In this document: piece by piece, positions 37,566 to 46,622 of the stretch
Layout: every line of letters begins with the position of its first letter
Numbering within the stretch: the first letter of the stretch is position 1
Assembly: GCA_035274425.1 (NCBI GenBank)
Contig: DATEOC010000031.1
Location: forward strand, 1,995-65,994
DNA from: Chloroflexia bacterium
GTDB taxonomy: Bacteria; Chloroflexota; Chloroflexia; QHBQ01; JADMIH01
Length of the DNA stretch: 64,000 nucleotides
Reading direction: 5' to 3'
Notes under the pieces: generated by a model
The model's database searches: none
Told to the model about the DNA's origin: nothing
Seen by the model: the letters and a program-made list of their open reading frames with translations, nothing else
Translations under genes and position numbers: made by a program

Positions 37566-37573
37566 TATTGTTT

Positions 37574-37622
37574 GTGAATAGAAAAATGCCGGACGCTTCG
37601 CGTCCGGCATTTTTCTATTCAC
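37574..37622. terminator. Bidirectional terminator, perfect 23-bp stem
   Basis: gtgaatagaaaaatgccggacgc ttc gcgtccggcatttttctattcac. Confidence 0.75.
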
Positions 37623-37643
37623 ATTATTGAGTGGTCCATGCAA

Positions 37644-38909
37644 CTACCCAATAGCCGCCTCTTGCGGCCTGACCTCCTCAACCTCCACCCGTGCATTTCG
37701 CAGGGTAGGGGTAAAGGCGACTATCAGCCCTAAACTTAGTGTGATGGCTGAGAAGACCCACACTGTCGGTATTGAGCCGATGTTCTCCAGCAGTAGCCCG
37801 GCCAGAGCCGACCCTAGCGGCTGGAAGCCGAACGCCAGGAGCCGGACGGCGCTATTCACCCGCCCCTGTAGCGCGTCAGGGATGAGCACCAGCCGGTAAC
37901 TCAGTACGGCCACGCTGTAGACCGGCACAGTGAAGAACGTGATGCCGGAGATTATCCCCAACACCCATACATTAGGCGCGAAGGCATATAAGGGGAAGGC
38001 GAGCACCGTAGTCCAGGTGGTAGCCATGATAATCTTACCTATGGCAAAACGACGGTGGATGCGTCCGCCCAGGGCAGCTCCAACTATCCCGCCAACCGCT
38101 GCCACGCTGAAAATCGCGCCCGTAGACGCCTCGTCCGCGCCCATCTCCTTTGCCAGCAGAATGACTATCAAGAAGCTCCCGGCACCGATGAGGTTCAGAC
38201 CCCCGCTCAAGAAGGAAGTGAGGCGTATTAGAGGCTCGTTCCACATCCAGGCCAGCCCCTCGCCTATCTCCCCACGCAGGTTCCGCGATGAGCGCTTGCG
38301 CTCCTCCTGGAACCGCGCCTTTATGAGTACCAGGGAGATGGCAGAAATGAGGTAGGAGACGGCATCGACGATAAAGGGGACCATGCGCCCCACGCTCTGG
38401 TAGAGGAAGCCACCGAGGCCCGGCCCGACCAGGCCCGCCGCGCCGAAAGTCGCCATGTTCTGAGCGGTGGCGTCGCCCATCTGCGCCTTTGGCACCACGC
38501 GAGGCAAGGCCGCGACCTCCGCGATGTTGAAGAAGACGAAAAGTGTGCCTTCGACCAGGGCTACAGCGTAGATTTGCCAGATGGTGAGCACGTCCAGAAA
38601 GATGGCAACCGGGACGCTGGCGAAAGCTGCCGCACGTCCCAGGTCGCACAGCACCATCACCCTCTTGCGGTCCCAGCGGTCAACCATCGCCCCCGCGGGC
38701 AGGCTGAGGAGCACGTAGGGGATAGTAGCGAACATCCCCGCGACACCGGCAGCAGCAGGGGAGCCTGTCAGGCCGAGTATAAGGAGAGGCATAACGAGGC
38801 CTGCTATGCTGCTTCCAAGCACCGAGACTACCTGCCCGCTCCACAAGAGCATATAGTCGCGGTTGCGATATAGAGGTATGGGTGGGGTAGGTGGGGCTGC
38901 TTCGTTCAT
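37644..38909 (-). CDS. MFS transporter
   Basis: 12-TM pattern; MFS motif region GRAAFASVP...DRWDRKRV. Confidence 0.8.
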   Translation of the reverse strand: MNEAAPPTPPIPLYRNRDYMLLWSGQVVSVLGSSIAGLVMPLLILGLTGSPAAAGVAGMFATIPYVLLSLPAGAMVDRWDRKRVMVLCDLGRAAAFASVPVAIFLDVLTIWQIYAVALVEGTLFVFFNIAEVAALPRVVPKAQMGDATAQNMATFGAAGLVGPGLGGFLYQSVGRMVPFIVDAVSYLISAISLVLIKARFQEERKRSSRNLRGEIGEGLAWMWNEPLIRLTSFLSGGLNLIGAGSFLIVILLAKEMGADEASTGAIFSVAAVGGIVGAALGGRIHRRFAIGKIIMATTWTTVLAFPLYAFAPNVWVLGIISGITFFTVPVYSVAVLSYRLVLIPDALQGRVNSAVRLLAFGFQPLGSALAGLLLENIGSIPTVWVFSAITLSLGLIVAFTPTLRNARVEVEEVRPQEAAIG

Positions 38910-38925
38910 GATGTAATTATACTTT

Positions 38926-38989
38926 AGGAGTCAGGAGTCAGGAATCAGGAATCAGGAGTCAATGTAGCAGATTCATGATTCCTGACACG
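38926..38989. repeat. (AGGAGTC/AGGAATC)n tandem heptamers with a partial inverted partner
   Basis: aggagtcaggagtcaggaatcaggaatcaggagtca ... tcatgattcctgacacg. Confidence 0.5.
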
Positions 38990-38990
38990 T

Positions 38991-40631
38991 TTAGCGCACC
39001 AGCCTACCATCCCGCAGTTCCCATATCATACCTCCGAAACGTTCGATGAAGCGCCTGTCGTGAGAAGCGGCTATTATTGGACCGGGGAAGTTTAGCAGCG
39101 CCTGCTCGAAGTCCTCTAGTATGTCGAGGCTGATGTGGTTGGTCGGCTCGTCGAGTAGGAGGAGGTTGGCACGCTGAGCTAGGAGCCTGGCGAGTTGCAG
39201 CTTTTGGCGCTGGCCGACGCTGAGTTGGCTCACCTGTTTGGCTATGTCGTCATACGAGAAGAAGGCATAGCGGAAGAGGTCTGCCAGCAGTTCCTCTTGA
39301 GTGCCAGTCAGTCCCTCACGGTAGGCTTCAAAGAGGGTCTTGCGGGGGTCGAGGGTTTCTTGTCCCTGGGAGAGGTAGCCTATCCTGGCCGAGCGCGTAA
39401 CCCACACGTCTCCTGCGTCCGGGGTCTCATGCCCGGCGAGGATTTTCAGCAAGGTGCTCTTGCCCGCGCCGTTCGGGCCGATGATGACTATATGGCTATC
39501 TTTCGCGAGCGTGAGGCTCACATCTTCCAGCACGGAGCGGCCTCCGTAGGACTTGTAGATGTCGGACACGACCAGAGGGGTCGTGCCGCCGAGGGTGAGC
39601 AGGTCGAAGTCGGGGCTGATGCGTAGCTCCTGGGGTGGCCTCGGTATGGGGTTGGCCTCGATACGGCGCAGCTTCTCTTCAGCGTTGCTCACGTTGCGGG
39701 ATATTGCTCTCTGCACGCGTCCGCCAAAGAAGCCCGCGGCGAACTTGTCATTGTCCCTGGGTGCGCGATTGTTGTGCCCCACATGCCGCGCCTTCTCTCT
39801 TATCTCCTGCCTGAGAGCCTTTATCTCTTCCTGCTGGACCCTGTACTCCTCTTGCCACCTTTCACGCGCTCGCTGTTTGCTTTCCACGTAGGAGTCGTAG
39901 TTGCCCGTATACTCCTTAATCCCTCTCGTACGCTCATCTATCTCCAGGATGACATTGGCGGTGCAGATCAGGAAATGCCTGTCGTGCGAAGCGGCTACGA
40001 GTATCCCCTTGTAGCCTGCAAGGTATGCCTCGAGCCAGTCCAGCGCGGAGATGTCGAGATGGTTGGTCGGCTCATCGAGCAGGAGTATGTCCGGGGATTT
40101 GAGCAGGAGAGCAGCGAGGCCAACTCGCGCCTTCTCACCACCTGATAGGGTTGCTACGCTGCGGTCACGTGGGATGTGGCCGATGCCGAGGCCCTGTAGC
40201 ACCTGGCCAATCCTGTAGTCGAGGTCGTAGCCGCCGCGCCGCTCGAAGCGCTGGGTGGCGTCGTCATATTGGGCCAGCTTCGATGCCAGGTCACCGCCAC
40301 TCGCTCGGCTGATCTCTTCTTCTAGCTGGCGTAAGCGTATTTCGAGGCAGCGCACGTCACCCTGGCTCTCGTAGACGAGATCGTCTATCGTCTCGCCTGT
40401 AAAAAGAGGGGTGGTCTGCGCCAGGTAGCCGACTTCTGCGCCTTTAGGTAAGCCAACGGTCCCACCGTCCGGCTCGACCTCTCCGGTGATGATTTTGAGG
40501 AGAGTCGATTTCCCGGCACCATTTGCCCCGACCAGACCGGCGCGCTGTCCTATGCCTAGCACGAATGAAATGTTGTTCAGAACCTGCTCGACCCCGTATG
40601 ATTTTGTAAGACTTGAAACGGACAATTGCAT
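38991..40631 (-). CDS. ABC-F family ATPase (tandem ABC domains, no TM; translation-associated)
   Basis: Walker A GANGAGKST and GPNGAGKST; LSGGEKARV; start taken at ATG 40631 (MQLSVSSLTKSYG) with GGGAG RBS. The tracker's longer N-terminus is implausible. Confidence 0.85.
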   Translation of the reverse strand: MQLSVSSLTKSYGVEQVLNNISFVLGIGQRAGLVGANGAGKSTLLKIITGEVEPDGGTVGLPKGAEVGYLAQTTPLFTGETIDDLVYESQGDVRCLEIRLRQLEEEISRASGGDLASKLAQYDDATQRFERRGGYDLDYRIGQVLQGLGIGHIPRDRSVATLSGGEKARVGLAALLLKSPDILLLDEPTNHLDISALDWLEAYLAGYKGILVAASHDRHFLICTANVILEIDERTRGIKEYTGNYDSYVESKQRARERWQEEYRVQQEEIKALRQEIREKARHVGHNNRAPRDNDKFAAGFFGGRVQRAISRNVSNAEEKLRRIEANPIPRPPQELRISPDFDLLTLGGTTPLVVSDIYKSYGGRSVLEDVSLTLAKDSHIVIIGPNGAGKSTLLKILAGHETPDAGDVWVTRSARIGYLSQGQETLDPRKTLFEAYREGLTGTQEELLADLFRYAFFSYDDIAKQVSQLSVGQRQKLQLARLLAQRANLLLLDEPTNHISLDILEDFEQALLNFPGPIIAASHDRRFIERFGGMIWELRDGRLVR

Positions 40632-40975
40632 ATAAAAAGCTCCCTCACCCCCATCGCGGCCAAACACAAAAAACACGAGCATATAGCTCGTGGGTGCAGG
40701 CAGAGTATGGGAAGGGTGCGCCATCAAGGCGGCGAGAGGATTAGCGGATATGGATGCAGGCTCGCGATGAGCCAGGCGCAAAGAGGGGCGGGCAGAGTAA
40801 GCGGCTGCCACGCCAATGTCCCTTACTCTGCCCCAGCTACTTGCGCACGCTCCAGCTCCTACTATCAACAACGCCAGTGTCACAAGCAGTGATTGCCGTA
40901 ACACGTTGCTATTATACAGTGCGCCTGATAGGAGTGCAATGCGATGAGATAAAACAAGAATTTATAGAGGAAATA

Positions 40976-41500
40976 TTAGGGTTGTGTTGCCAGAAAGTCG
41001 GTTAGTAAATCAACAATCACATCTGTCAGGCTATTCATATCATAAGGGTCATAATAAGGAAAGTTATACTTGGCAGTGTTACTCAAATAGAGCTTGGCTA
41101 TATCACGAGTGCGACCAAAAGCTCTAGGCTTCTTCCCTACACCGAAAGCCACCCCGTATTCAAGAACTACGTTTGCATTGGGATAAGAAACGGTATAGTC
41201 CCTATGAGTAAGATCGAATAAGGCGTGGGCACAAGCGTATATTACGGCGCTGATTTGATCCCAATAATCTCCCCCTAACGAGAAGCGATTAGAAGCACGG
41301 ATGCGCGCAAGGAGAGGTCTCATAAAAGGGGCATTTAGCCTGGTATCGCCGTATACGATGTGGAAACGAACATCATACTGCCACTGCATAGCCCAGGCAT
41401 CAGCTGCGCTTACAGCCGCATTGACCGCTGCCCGGTAATCAGCTTTTCGCTGGGTATCACCGAAGAAATCGTGGCCGAGGAAGACGTATATATCTTTCAT
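40976..41500 (-). CDS. Nucleoside 2-deoxyribosyltransferase-like / TIR-like fold protein (small stand-alone), low-GC islet
   Basis: N-terminal KDIYVFLGHDFF resembles the NDT 'kIYlAGPfF' motif; NVVLEYGVAFGVGKKP resembles the catalytic 'FElGyA..GKP' region. Confidence 0.5.
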   Translation of the reverse strand: MKDIYVFLGHDFFGDTQRKADYRAAVNAAVSAADAWAMQWQYDVRFHIVYGDTRLNAPFMRPLLARIRASNRFSLGGDYWDQISAVIYACAHALFDLTHRDYTVSYPNANVVLEYGVAFGVGKKPRAFGRTRDIAKLYLSNTAKYNFPYYDPYDMNSLTDVIVDLLTDFLATQP

Positions 41501-41528
41501 GGCAGGACTCGTAGCAAATAACAAGTAT

Positions 41529-41562
41529 GAGAAAACCGGCATTTAAGGCCGGCTTTTCTAAT
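41529..41562. terminator. Hairpin with flanking T-tract between the wHTH gene and the NDT-like gene
   Basis: gagaaaaccggc atttaa ggccggcttttc. Confidence 0.4.
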
Positions 41563-41608
41563 TCACATTACATTAAAGGGTATGATTAAAGGGCGGTACG
41601 CAAAGGTT

Positions 41609-41929
41609 TTACTTATGCGCTGCTATCCTGTATGAAGGAGCAGGTCCAAATCCCTTATCTATGATTTCAACTTTATCCTGGCTGACGAGAAGATTGGCAG
41701 CAGTGACCACTTCCTGAGTAGGCAGACCCAGGTCTTCTGCGATGATTGTTGCACGTATAGGATAGTTCCCTGTATTGAACTTGCTTTCGTAAGCGCGCTG
41801 AAGGTAGCGACGCACTCGTAGGGCAATCGGACTCTGCAAGGAAGGATTTATTCGGGTACGCGGGCTTCTGCGCTTCCGCGTCCGGCTATTGATACTGTAC
41901 ATCTTCATAACACCCATCTCCTGCCTCAA
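41609..41929 (-). CDS. Small basic protein with predicted C-terminal winged-HTH
   Basis: Arg/Lys-rich N-terminus (RTRKRRSPRTR), then IAEDLGLPTQEVVTAANLLVSQDKVEII; start ambiguous (M1, M5, M8 or M10). Confidence 0.4.
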   Translation of the reverse strand: MRQEMGVMKMYSINSRTRKRRSPRTRINPSLQSPIALRVRRYLQRAYESKFNTGNYPIRATIIAEDLGLPTQEVVTAANLLVSQDKVEIIDKGFGPAPSYRIAAHK

Positions 41930-41977
41930 TTATACACTACTTTATGGGGCTATCAAGAGTTGTTCTCACGCGCGGCG

Positions 41978-42283
41978 CTAATAAAATAGGGATCGTAGGA
42001 GCCATACCAATGCCACGCCTCCCACCACTGCCAGCAGGAAGTTGCGAGTGCGCACGGCAACCAGCGCAGTCGCCAGCACCGACACCGCTTCGGCGGGGCC
42101 ACTCGTCAGGGCAGTAGGGGCTATCAGCGAGACCAGCACCGCACCCGGTATGTGCTTGAGCCACGCTTCAATGCGGGGTGTGGAGGCGATATGGCCCATA
42201 AGCCACAGGCCTCCCGCACGCGTCAGGTAGGTGACGAGCGCCATACCGAGTATAGTCAGGATAGCAGTGGGGTCAGCCTGCAT
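41978..42283 (-). CDS. azlD: Branched-chain amino acid exporter small subunit AzlD
   Basis: ~100-aa 3-TM protein overlapping azlC by 11 nt. Confidence 0.8.
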   Translation of the reverse strand: MQADPTAILTILGMALVTYLTRAGGLWLMGHIASTPRIEAWLKHIPGAVLVSLIAPTALTSGPAEAVSVLATALVAVRTRNFLLAVVGGVALVWLLRSLFY

Positions 42284-42983
42284 CTCTGAGTGCTCCCACC
42301 ACGCTGCCCGCTATGCCGCCTGCCAGTATGTACCACGTGCCCGGCAGCCACCATTTGGCTACTACCGCCACCAGCGCGGCGACTCCCCATGGGAGGAGGT
42401 CGGACTTGCCGCGCCACATCCCCGCGAGGAGAGCTGTGAAGACCGCCGCGAACATGAAATCGAGACCCCACCGCACCAGGTCTTCCTGACGCAAGGCAGA
42501 CCCAGCAACCGTGCCGGCTACAGTGCCGCCTACCCAGCCAGTGAATAGGGTCAGGCCGCTCCCAAGGATGAAGGCAGCGTCACGCTCACCTTCCCTGTAC
42601 TCCTTGATGGAGAGCGCCCAGGTTTCGTCGGTCATGAAGAAGATGGAGCCGTAAACTTTAGACGCGGGGAGCTTGGAGAGCCAGGGGCGTAGCGCCGCGC
42701 CCATCAGGACGTGCCGCAGGTTCACGATGAGAGTGGTGAAGATAATGGTGAATATGGGGAGAGGGCTTATCCATAACTGCAAAGCGATAAACTGCGCCGC
42801 GCCCGCGAAGACCAGCCCACTCATCATCGCAGCCTCTACCAGAGTCAAGCCTGACTGACGAGCCAGCACCCCGAACACCGCCGCGAAGGCCGTGGCACTC
42901 ACTGCCAGTGGCAGGGTACGCCTCACGCCGAGCAATAGCCCGGCGCGAGCGAATGTTGGCTTATCTTCAGGAGTGGGGTTCAA
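42273..42983 (-). CDS. azlC: Branched-chain amino acid exporter AzlC
   Basis: AzlC-family membrane protein (GSIFFMTDETWALSI). The start codon appears to be TTG, embedded in the repeat hairpin's left arm. Confidence 0.8.
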   Translation of the reverse strand: MNPTPEDKPTFARAGLLLGVRRTLPLAVSATAFAAVFGVLARQSGLTLVEAAMMSGLVFAGAAQFIALQLWISPLPIFTIIFTTLIVNLRHVLMGAALRPWLSKLPASKVYGSIFFMTDETWALSIKEYREGERDAAFILGSGLTLFTGWVGGTVAGTVAGSALRQEDLVRWGLDFMFAAVFTALLAGMWRGKSDLLPWGVAALVAVVAKWWLPGTWYILAGGIAGSVVGALRDAG

Positions 42984-43073
42984 AGTTCAAGGTTCAAAGT
43001 TCAAGGTTCAAGGTTCAAGGTCTTAATTGGTCCCCTATTCGTGGTTAGACCTTGAACTTTGAACTTTGAACTC
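42978..43073. repeat. GTTCAAGG/GTTCAAAG module hairpin between the ClbS-like gene and azlC
   Basis: ggttcaaagttcaaggttcaaagttcaaggttcaaggttcaaggtc ... gaccttgaactttgaactttgaactc. Confidence 0.7.
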
Positions 43074-43582
43074 TATTTCAGCCATGCGCGGACAGAGGCG
43101 GAATGCTCGTCGTAGTGCTCGAAGGTGTCGCCTGCTATCCAGTCGTAGAGGGGGTTGTCCTTCGTGAAGGTGAAATGCCCGCACTCGAATATTTGCTGCT
43201 CCGATAGACCGCGCACGCGCTCCAGGAAGCGATCATAGGTCTCACGCGCTTGTGCCAGCACATCCTCTAGCGGAAGGTCGCGGTTGCGCTCGTAAAAGGC
43301 AACGTTGATCTCGTCTACAGTCTGCCCAAGCACCTCAAGCTGCTTGCCGGTAGTGTCGGCGTTCATACGGTCAAGGACACGCTGCTGCCATGAGGAGAGA
43401 TGAGCGACCAGGTCCTTCACCGACCAGTCGCTCTCTACGCCCGGTTCTGTCATGCGGTCCTCGCCTACCTCGGTAAGCACCGACTCCCACTCCGAGTGAG
43501 ACTGTTCAATCTTGTCAATCAGCTCCTCTTTAGTCATCTGGTAGGCCCTCCGAAGCCACGCCAATGGAGGCGCTTCTGCCAC
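43073..43582 (-). CDS. ClbS/DfsB-family (DUF1706) four-helix-bundle protein
   Basis: KEELIDKIEQSHSEWESVL...WSVKDLVAHLSSWQQ...FEHYDEHSASVRAWL architecture matches the colibactin self-resistance ClbS family. Confidence 0.6.
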   Translation of the reverse strand: MAEAPPLAWLRRAYQMTKEELIDKIEQSHSEWESVLTEVGEDRMTEPGVESDWSVKDLVAHLSSWQQRVLDRMNADTTGKQLEVLGQTVDEINVAFYERNRDLPLEDVLAQARETYDRFLERVRGLSEQQIFECGHFTFTKDNPLYDWIAGDTFEHYDEHSASVRAWLK

Positions 43583-44028
43583 TCACGGCTGCTAAAGTTG
43601 TCACGGCTATCTACGCTCCACAACATGGCGGATACGTTCAGTATAACCAATCCCAACAGTCCATATAAGATTTCCATAGTAACCTCCTCAAGCCCTTACC
43701 GCTCAGCGCAAACCTCTAACGAGTTAGATGCGGCGACTGTATGTACTGTGCGCCAATCTCGTCAGCCCCAACGCAGGCCCGGGCCTGCAAACGCTTCCCC
43801 ACACCGACCAGCCAGCGACCCACTATCGTGAAGCTCTTGTCGAGAGGTGTGGGACCTTGCTTCAAGCTTGCATTGATCTGCCGGAGTAAGATGTACCTCT
43901 CCATCTCCTTAACACGCTCCCTGTGCCGCTCTGTCGCTTGCTCTGCATACCAGTCCATTGCCGATACCTCCACTCTTAGCTACGCTTGCTATTCGCTATC
44001 CGTCTGCCAGATCGGTCCAATCAACCCC

Positions 44029-44057
44029 TTGACTTTCTTACCCTAACCACCTATAAT
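44029..44057 (+). promoter_or_regulatory. Consensus sigma70 promoter
   Basis: TTGACT, 17 nt, TATAAT; about 100-nt leader to ATG 44163. Confidence 0.5.
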
Positions 44058-44162
44058 GTTTTTACTAGTTAGATTATACATCCACTTTTCTAACCTGTCA
44101 AGGGGTTTTTACCGGTTATATAGAGCAATTGGCCGAGAAGATATAAGAAAATAATTGGAGAT

Positions 44163-44801
44163 ATGGTAATGAGTGAAACAGAGAGCTATACATTTTCGGA
44201 TGTGGGCGGGGCCCTGTGCCTCGACTTCGTCAACACGGTAAGTTCGCACCTGTCCGAAGCGCCGAACGAGTACATGAATAGCTATGATGCCCTGCTGTTA
44301 TGGGGAAGGCAGAAAGAGGTTATTTCGGAGAGAGAAACTGCCGAGCTGGCCGGGCAGGCGAAGCGCCGTCCCGAAGAGGCGGAAGCCGCCCTCCAAAGCG
44401 CGCTCGACCTTCGGCGTATTATCTACAGGGTATTTTCAGCTGTCGCAACAGAGCAACGTGTCTCCGAAGAAGATATGCAGAGGTTCAATAGCTACCTATC
44501 CAACGCGCTCTCTCACGTACGAGTCGTGGAAGAGGAAGATGGTTTCGCCTGGGGGTGGGCACCTCTAGAGGGGCATTTGAACAGGGTGCTGTGGCCCGTC
44601 GTGCGCTCGGCAGCAGACTTGTTGGTATCCGAGCAGTTGGGGAGGGTGCGAGAGTGTGGGGGCCACGATTGTGGGTGGCTCTTCGTTGATCTTAGCAAGA
44701 ACCACAGCCGCCGCTGGTGCAGCATGAGCGACTGCGGCAACCGTGCGAAGGTGCATAGGCATTACTACCGCAAGCAGAAGGCAGTAATTGCTAACCAATA
44801 A
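44163..44801 (+). CDS. ABATE-domain / CGNR zinc-finger protein
   Basis: C-terminal CGGHDCGWLFVDLSKNHSRRWCSMSDCGNRAKV. Confidence 0.8.
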   Translation: MVMSETESYTFSDVGGALCLDFVNTVSSHLSEAPNEYMNSYDALLLWGRQKEVISERETAELAGQAKRRPEEAEAALQSALDLRRIIYRVFSAVATEQRVSEEDMQRFNSYLSNALSHVRVVEEEDGFAWGWAPLEGHLNRVLWPVVRSAADLLVSEQLGRVRECGGHDCGWLFVDLSKNHSRRWCSMSDCGNRAKVHRHYYRKQKAVIANQ

Positions 44802-44849
44802 GTAGGAGGTAATAGGTGGTAGTTGACAGGTGAGGATGCTTTCTGTCGC

Positions 44850-45161
44850 CTATGATTTATCCGATACTTGTACCTTCCTGCGCTTGAAGAAGCACACAAT
44901 AACATCCTTGACTCCATCGTGGATATGCACAGTTGAAAACATCTCCCACCCCTTTGCACCCGCGTCGGCTATGCTAGTAAAGTCGGTGGTGCCATCTTTA
45001 TATTTGCTATTCCATATCTTAGTAACATCGATATGCCTTGACATACTACCAGCACTGAGATCACTGGTAACTATTATGTTGTATTCCCAAACCTCATTTG
45101 AACCAGACACAGCAATATACCTCCCCAAGTAATAGAGTAGTATACCATACTTCATAAGCAT
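44850..45161 (-). CDS. DUF4177-like small protein; low-GC
   Basis: VWEYNIIVT ... GAKGWEMFS ... FFKRRK pattern. Confidence 0.45.
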   Translation of the reverse strand: MLMKYGILLYYLGRYIAVSGSNEVWEYNIIVTSDLSAGSMSRHIDVTKIWNSKYKDGTTDFTSIADAGAKGWEMFSTVHIHDGVKDVIVCFFKRRKVQVSDKS

Positions 45162-45337
45162 GTAGGCTTGCGTTCAATGGAGAGGCTGTCTGAAGATGTA
45201 CTTATTGGAGCGCTGAGCGTAATACACCACCAAACCTTCCTCCTACCATTTTGTTACTCTCAACAGAGAACTTCAGCAAGGTAACTAAGAGCACAGCGGA
45301 TGGTTGCTACAGGAGCCCCATAACAGACTAATTAAAC

Positions 45338-46549
45338 TTAACCCTTCCCACCAGCTAAGAGTCGTGCTTCCGGCAAGCGCCGTAAAACTCCCATAGCCCA
45401 TACCCCCAGCGCGGGGCCTATAGCGAGGAAGGCGAAGGCCCACTGCCAGCCGACCATACCTTCCAGCCAGGGTATCAGCCATATGGTGAACATCGTCAGC
45501 AGGAAGCCGAGGCTCGTCTGTAGGGTGAGTGCGGTGCCGATGTACTCCCTTAGCGAAAGCTCGCTGATGCAGGCTGAGAACTGGGCGGAGTCGGCTATCA
45601 CCGCGAAGCCCCACAACAAGCATAACGTTGTCAGCAACACAGGGTTGCCGCCGTACAACAGCCCCACGAGTAGAGCACACGCACCACTAACAAGCATAGA
45701 AGCCATCGTGATGGTGGTGCGTCCCAGCTTGTCCGCCATCTTCCCCGCGACTACGCTACTCACACCGCCGATCCCTATCACCGCGAAGGCTGCCAGGCTT
45801 GCCCATATTGACTCGACACCGGCGATACGGAAGCTGGCGAGCAAGAAGACAGGCACCCACGCCCACATCGCGTACAGCTCCCACATGTGCCCCAGGTAGC
45901 CGAGGTTAGCCAGCACTACCTCGCGCTGGTGGAGGATATTGCCGATGTACCTGGGGTTGAAGGGAGGCGATGGGGTCTTGTATGGGCCGTCAGCCACGAA
46001 TAGCACGGCGATGAATCCGCCCAGAGCAGCCAGGACCGCCGCCCCGTATAACACCAGTTGCCACTCGCCCGCGCCGCCAAAGGCATTGAGCAGGTGAGGT
46101 GCGGCTGAGCCGAGGGTGAGCGCGCCTACCAGTAAACCGATACCCAGCCCTCGGTCCTCCTTAGTCCACGTCGCCATGATCTTCATACCGACCGGATAGA
46201 CGCCCGCCAGGAATAGCCCTGTGACGAACCTGAGCGGTAGAGCTAGAAGCAGCCCTGTGGCGAGTAAGGGGATCAGCGCGGTGGCGAAGGCTGCGAGCCA
46301 GGCGGAGATCGCGAAGAGGCGGCGGGTAGGGAGGCGGTCGGCCAGGTTCAGCACCGCCGACAGGAACGCGCCTACCACGAACCCGCCTTGCACCGACATG
46401 GTGAGCCATGCCCGGCCCGACCCATCCAGACTCCAGGACTGGGTCAGAGCGGGCACGACAGCAGAGGCTGAGAACCAGACGGACATCCCCAGTAGCTCCG
46501 CCAGCGACAGGAGCATTAGCGTGCGCCACTTTCCAGGGTGTTGCTGCAT
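45338..46549 (-). CDS. MFS transporter
   Basis: 12-TM MFS topology. Confidence 0.8.
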   Translation of the reverse strand: MQQHPGKWRTLMLLSLAELLGMSVWFSASAVVPALTQSWSLDGSGRAWLTMSVQGGFVVGAFLSAVLNLADRLPTRRLFAISAWLAAFATALIPLLATGLLLALPLRFVTGLFLAGVYPVGMKIMATWTKEDRGLGIGLLVGALTLGSAAPHLLNAFGGAGEWQLVLYGAAVLAALGGFIAVLFVADGPYKTPSPPFNPRYIGNILHQREVVLANLGYLGHMWELYAMWAWVPVFLLASFRIAGVESIWASLAAFAVIGIGGVSSVVAGKMADKLGRTTITMASMLVSGACALLVGLLYGGNPVLLTTLCLLWGFAVIADSAQFSACISELSLREYIGTALTLQTSLGFLLTMFTIWLIPWLEGMVGWQWAFAFLAIGPALGVWAMGVLRRLPEARLLAGGKG

Positions 46550-46622
46550 AATCTCTCTATATCAAAAATGTGTGAAAGTCCGCCACAGGCGGACTTTCAC
46601 ACATTTTTCAGGAAAGCTCTAC

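Noticed and set aside
38991-40904. Long N-terminal extension of the ABC-F ORF (start 40904) and of the TlpA ORF (start 25996)
   Set aside because: The extensions overlap upstream genes or lack homology, and conserved N-termini begin at internal ATGs (40631, with a GGGAG RBS; 25642, ATGA-coupled to ccdA).
43716-43973. 85-aa minus-strand ORF in the 580-bp spacer before the CGNR gene (and overlapping plus-strand ORFs 43400..43831, 43741..44046)
   Set aside because: No RBS or motif support, and the ORFs are mutually overlapping. The region contains a perfect sigma70 promoter for the downstream gene, so it is left unannotated.
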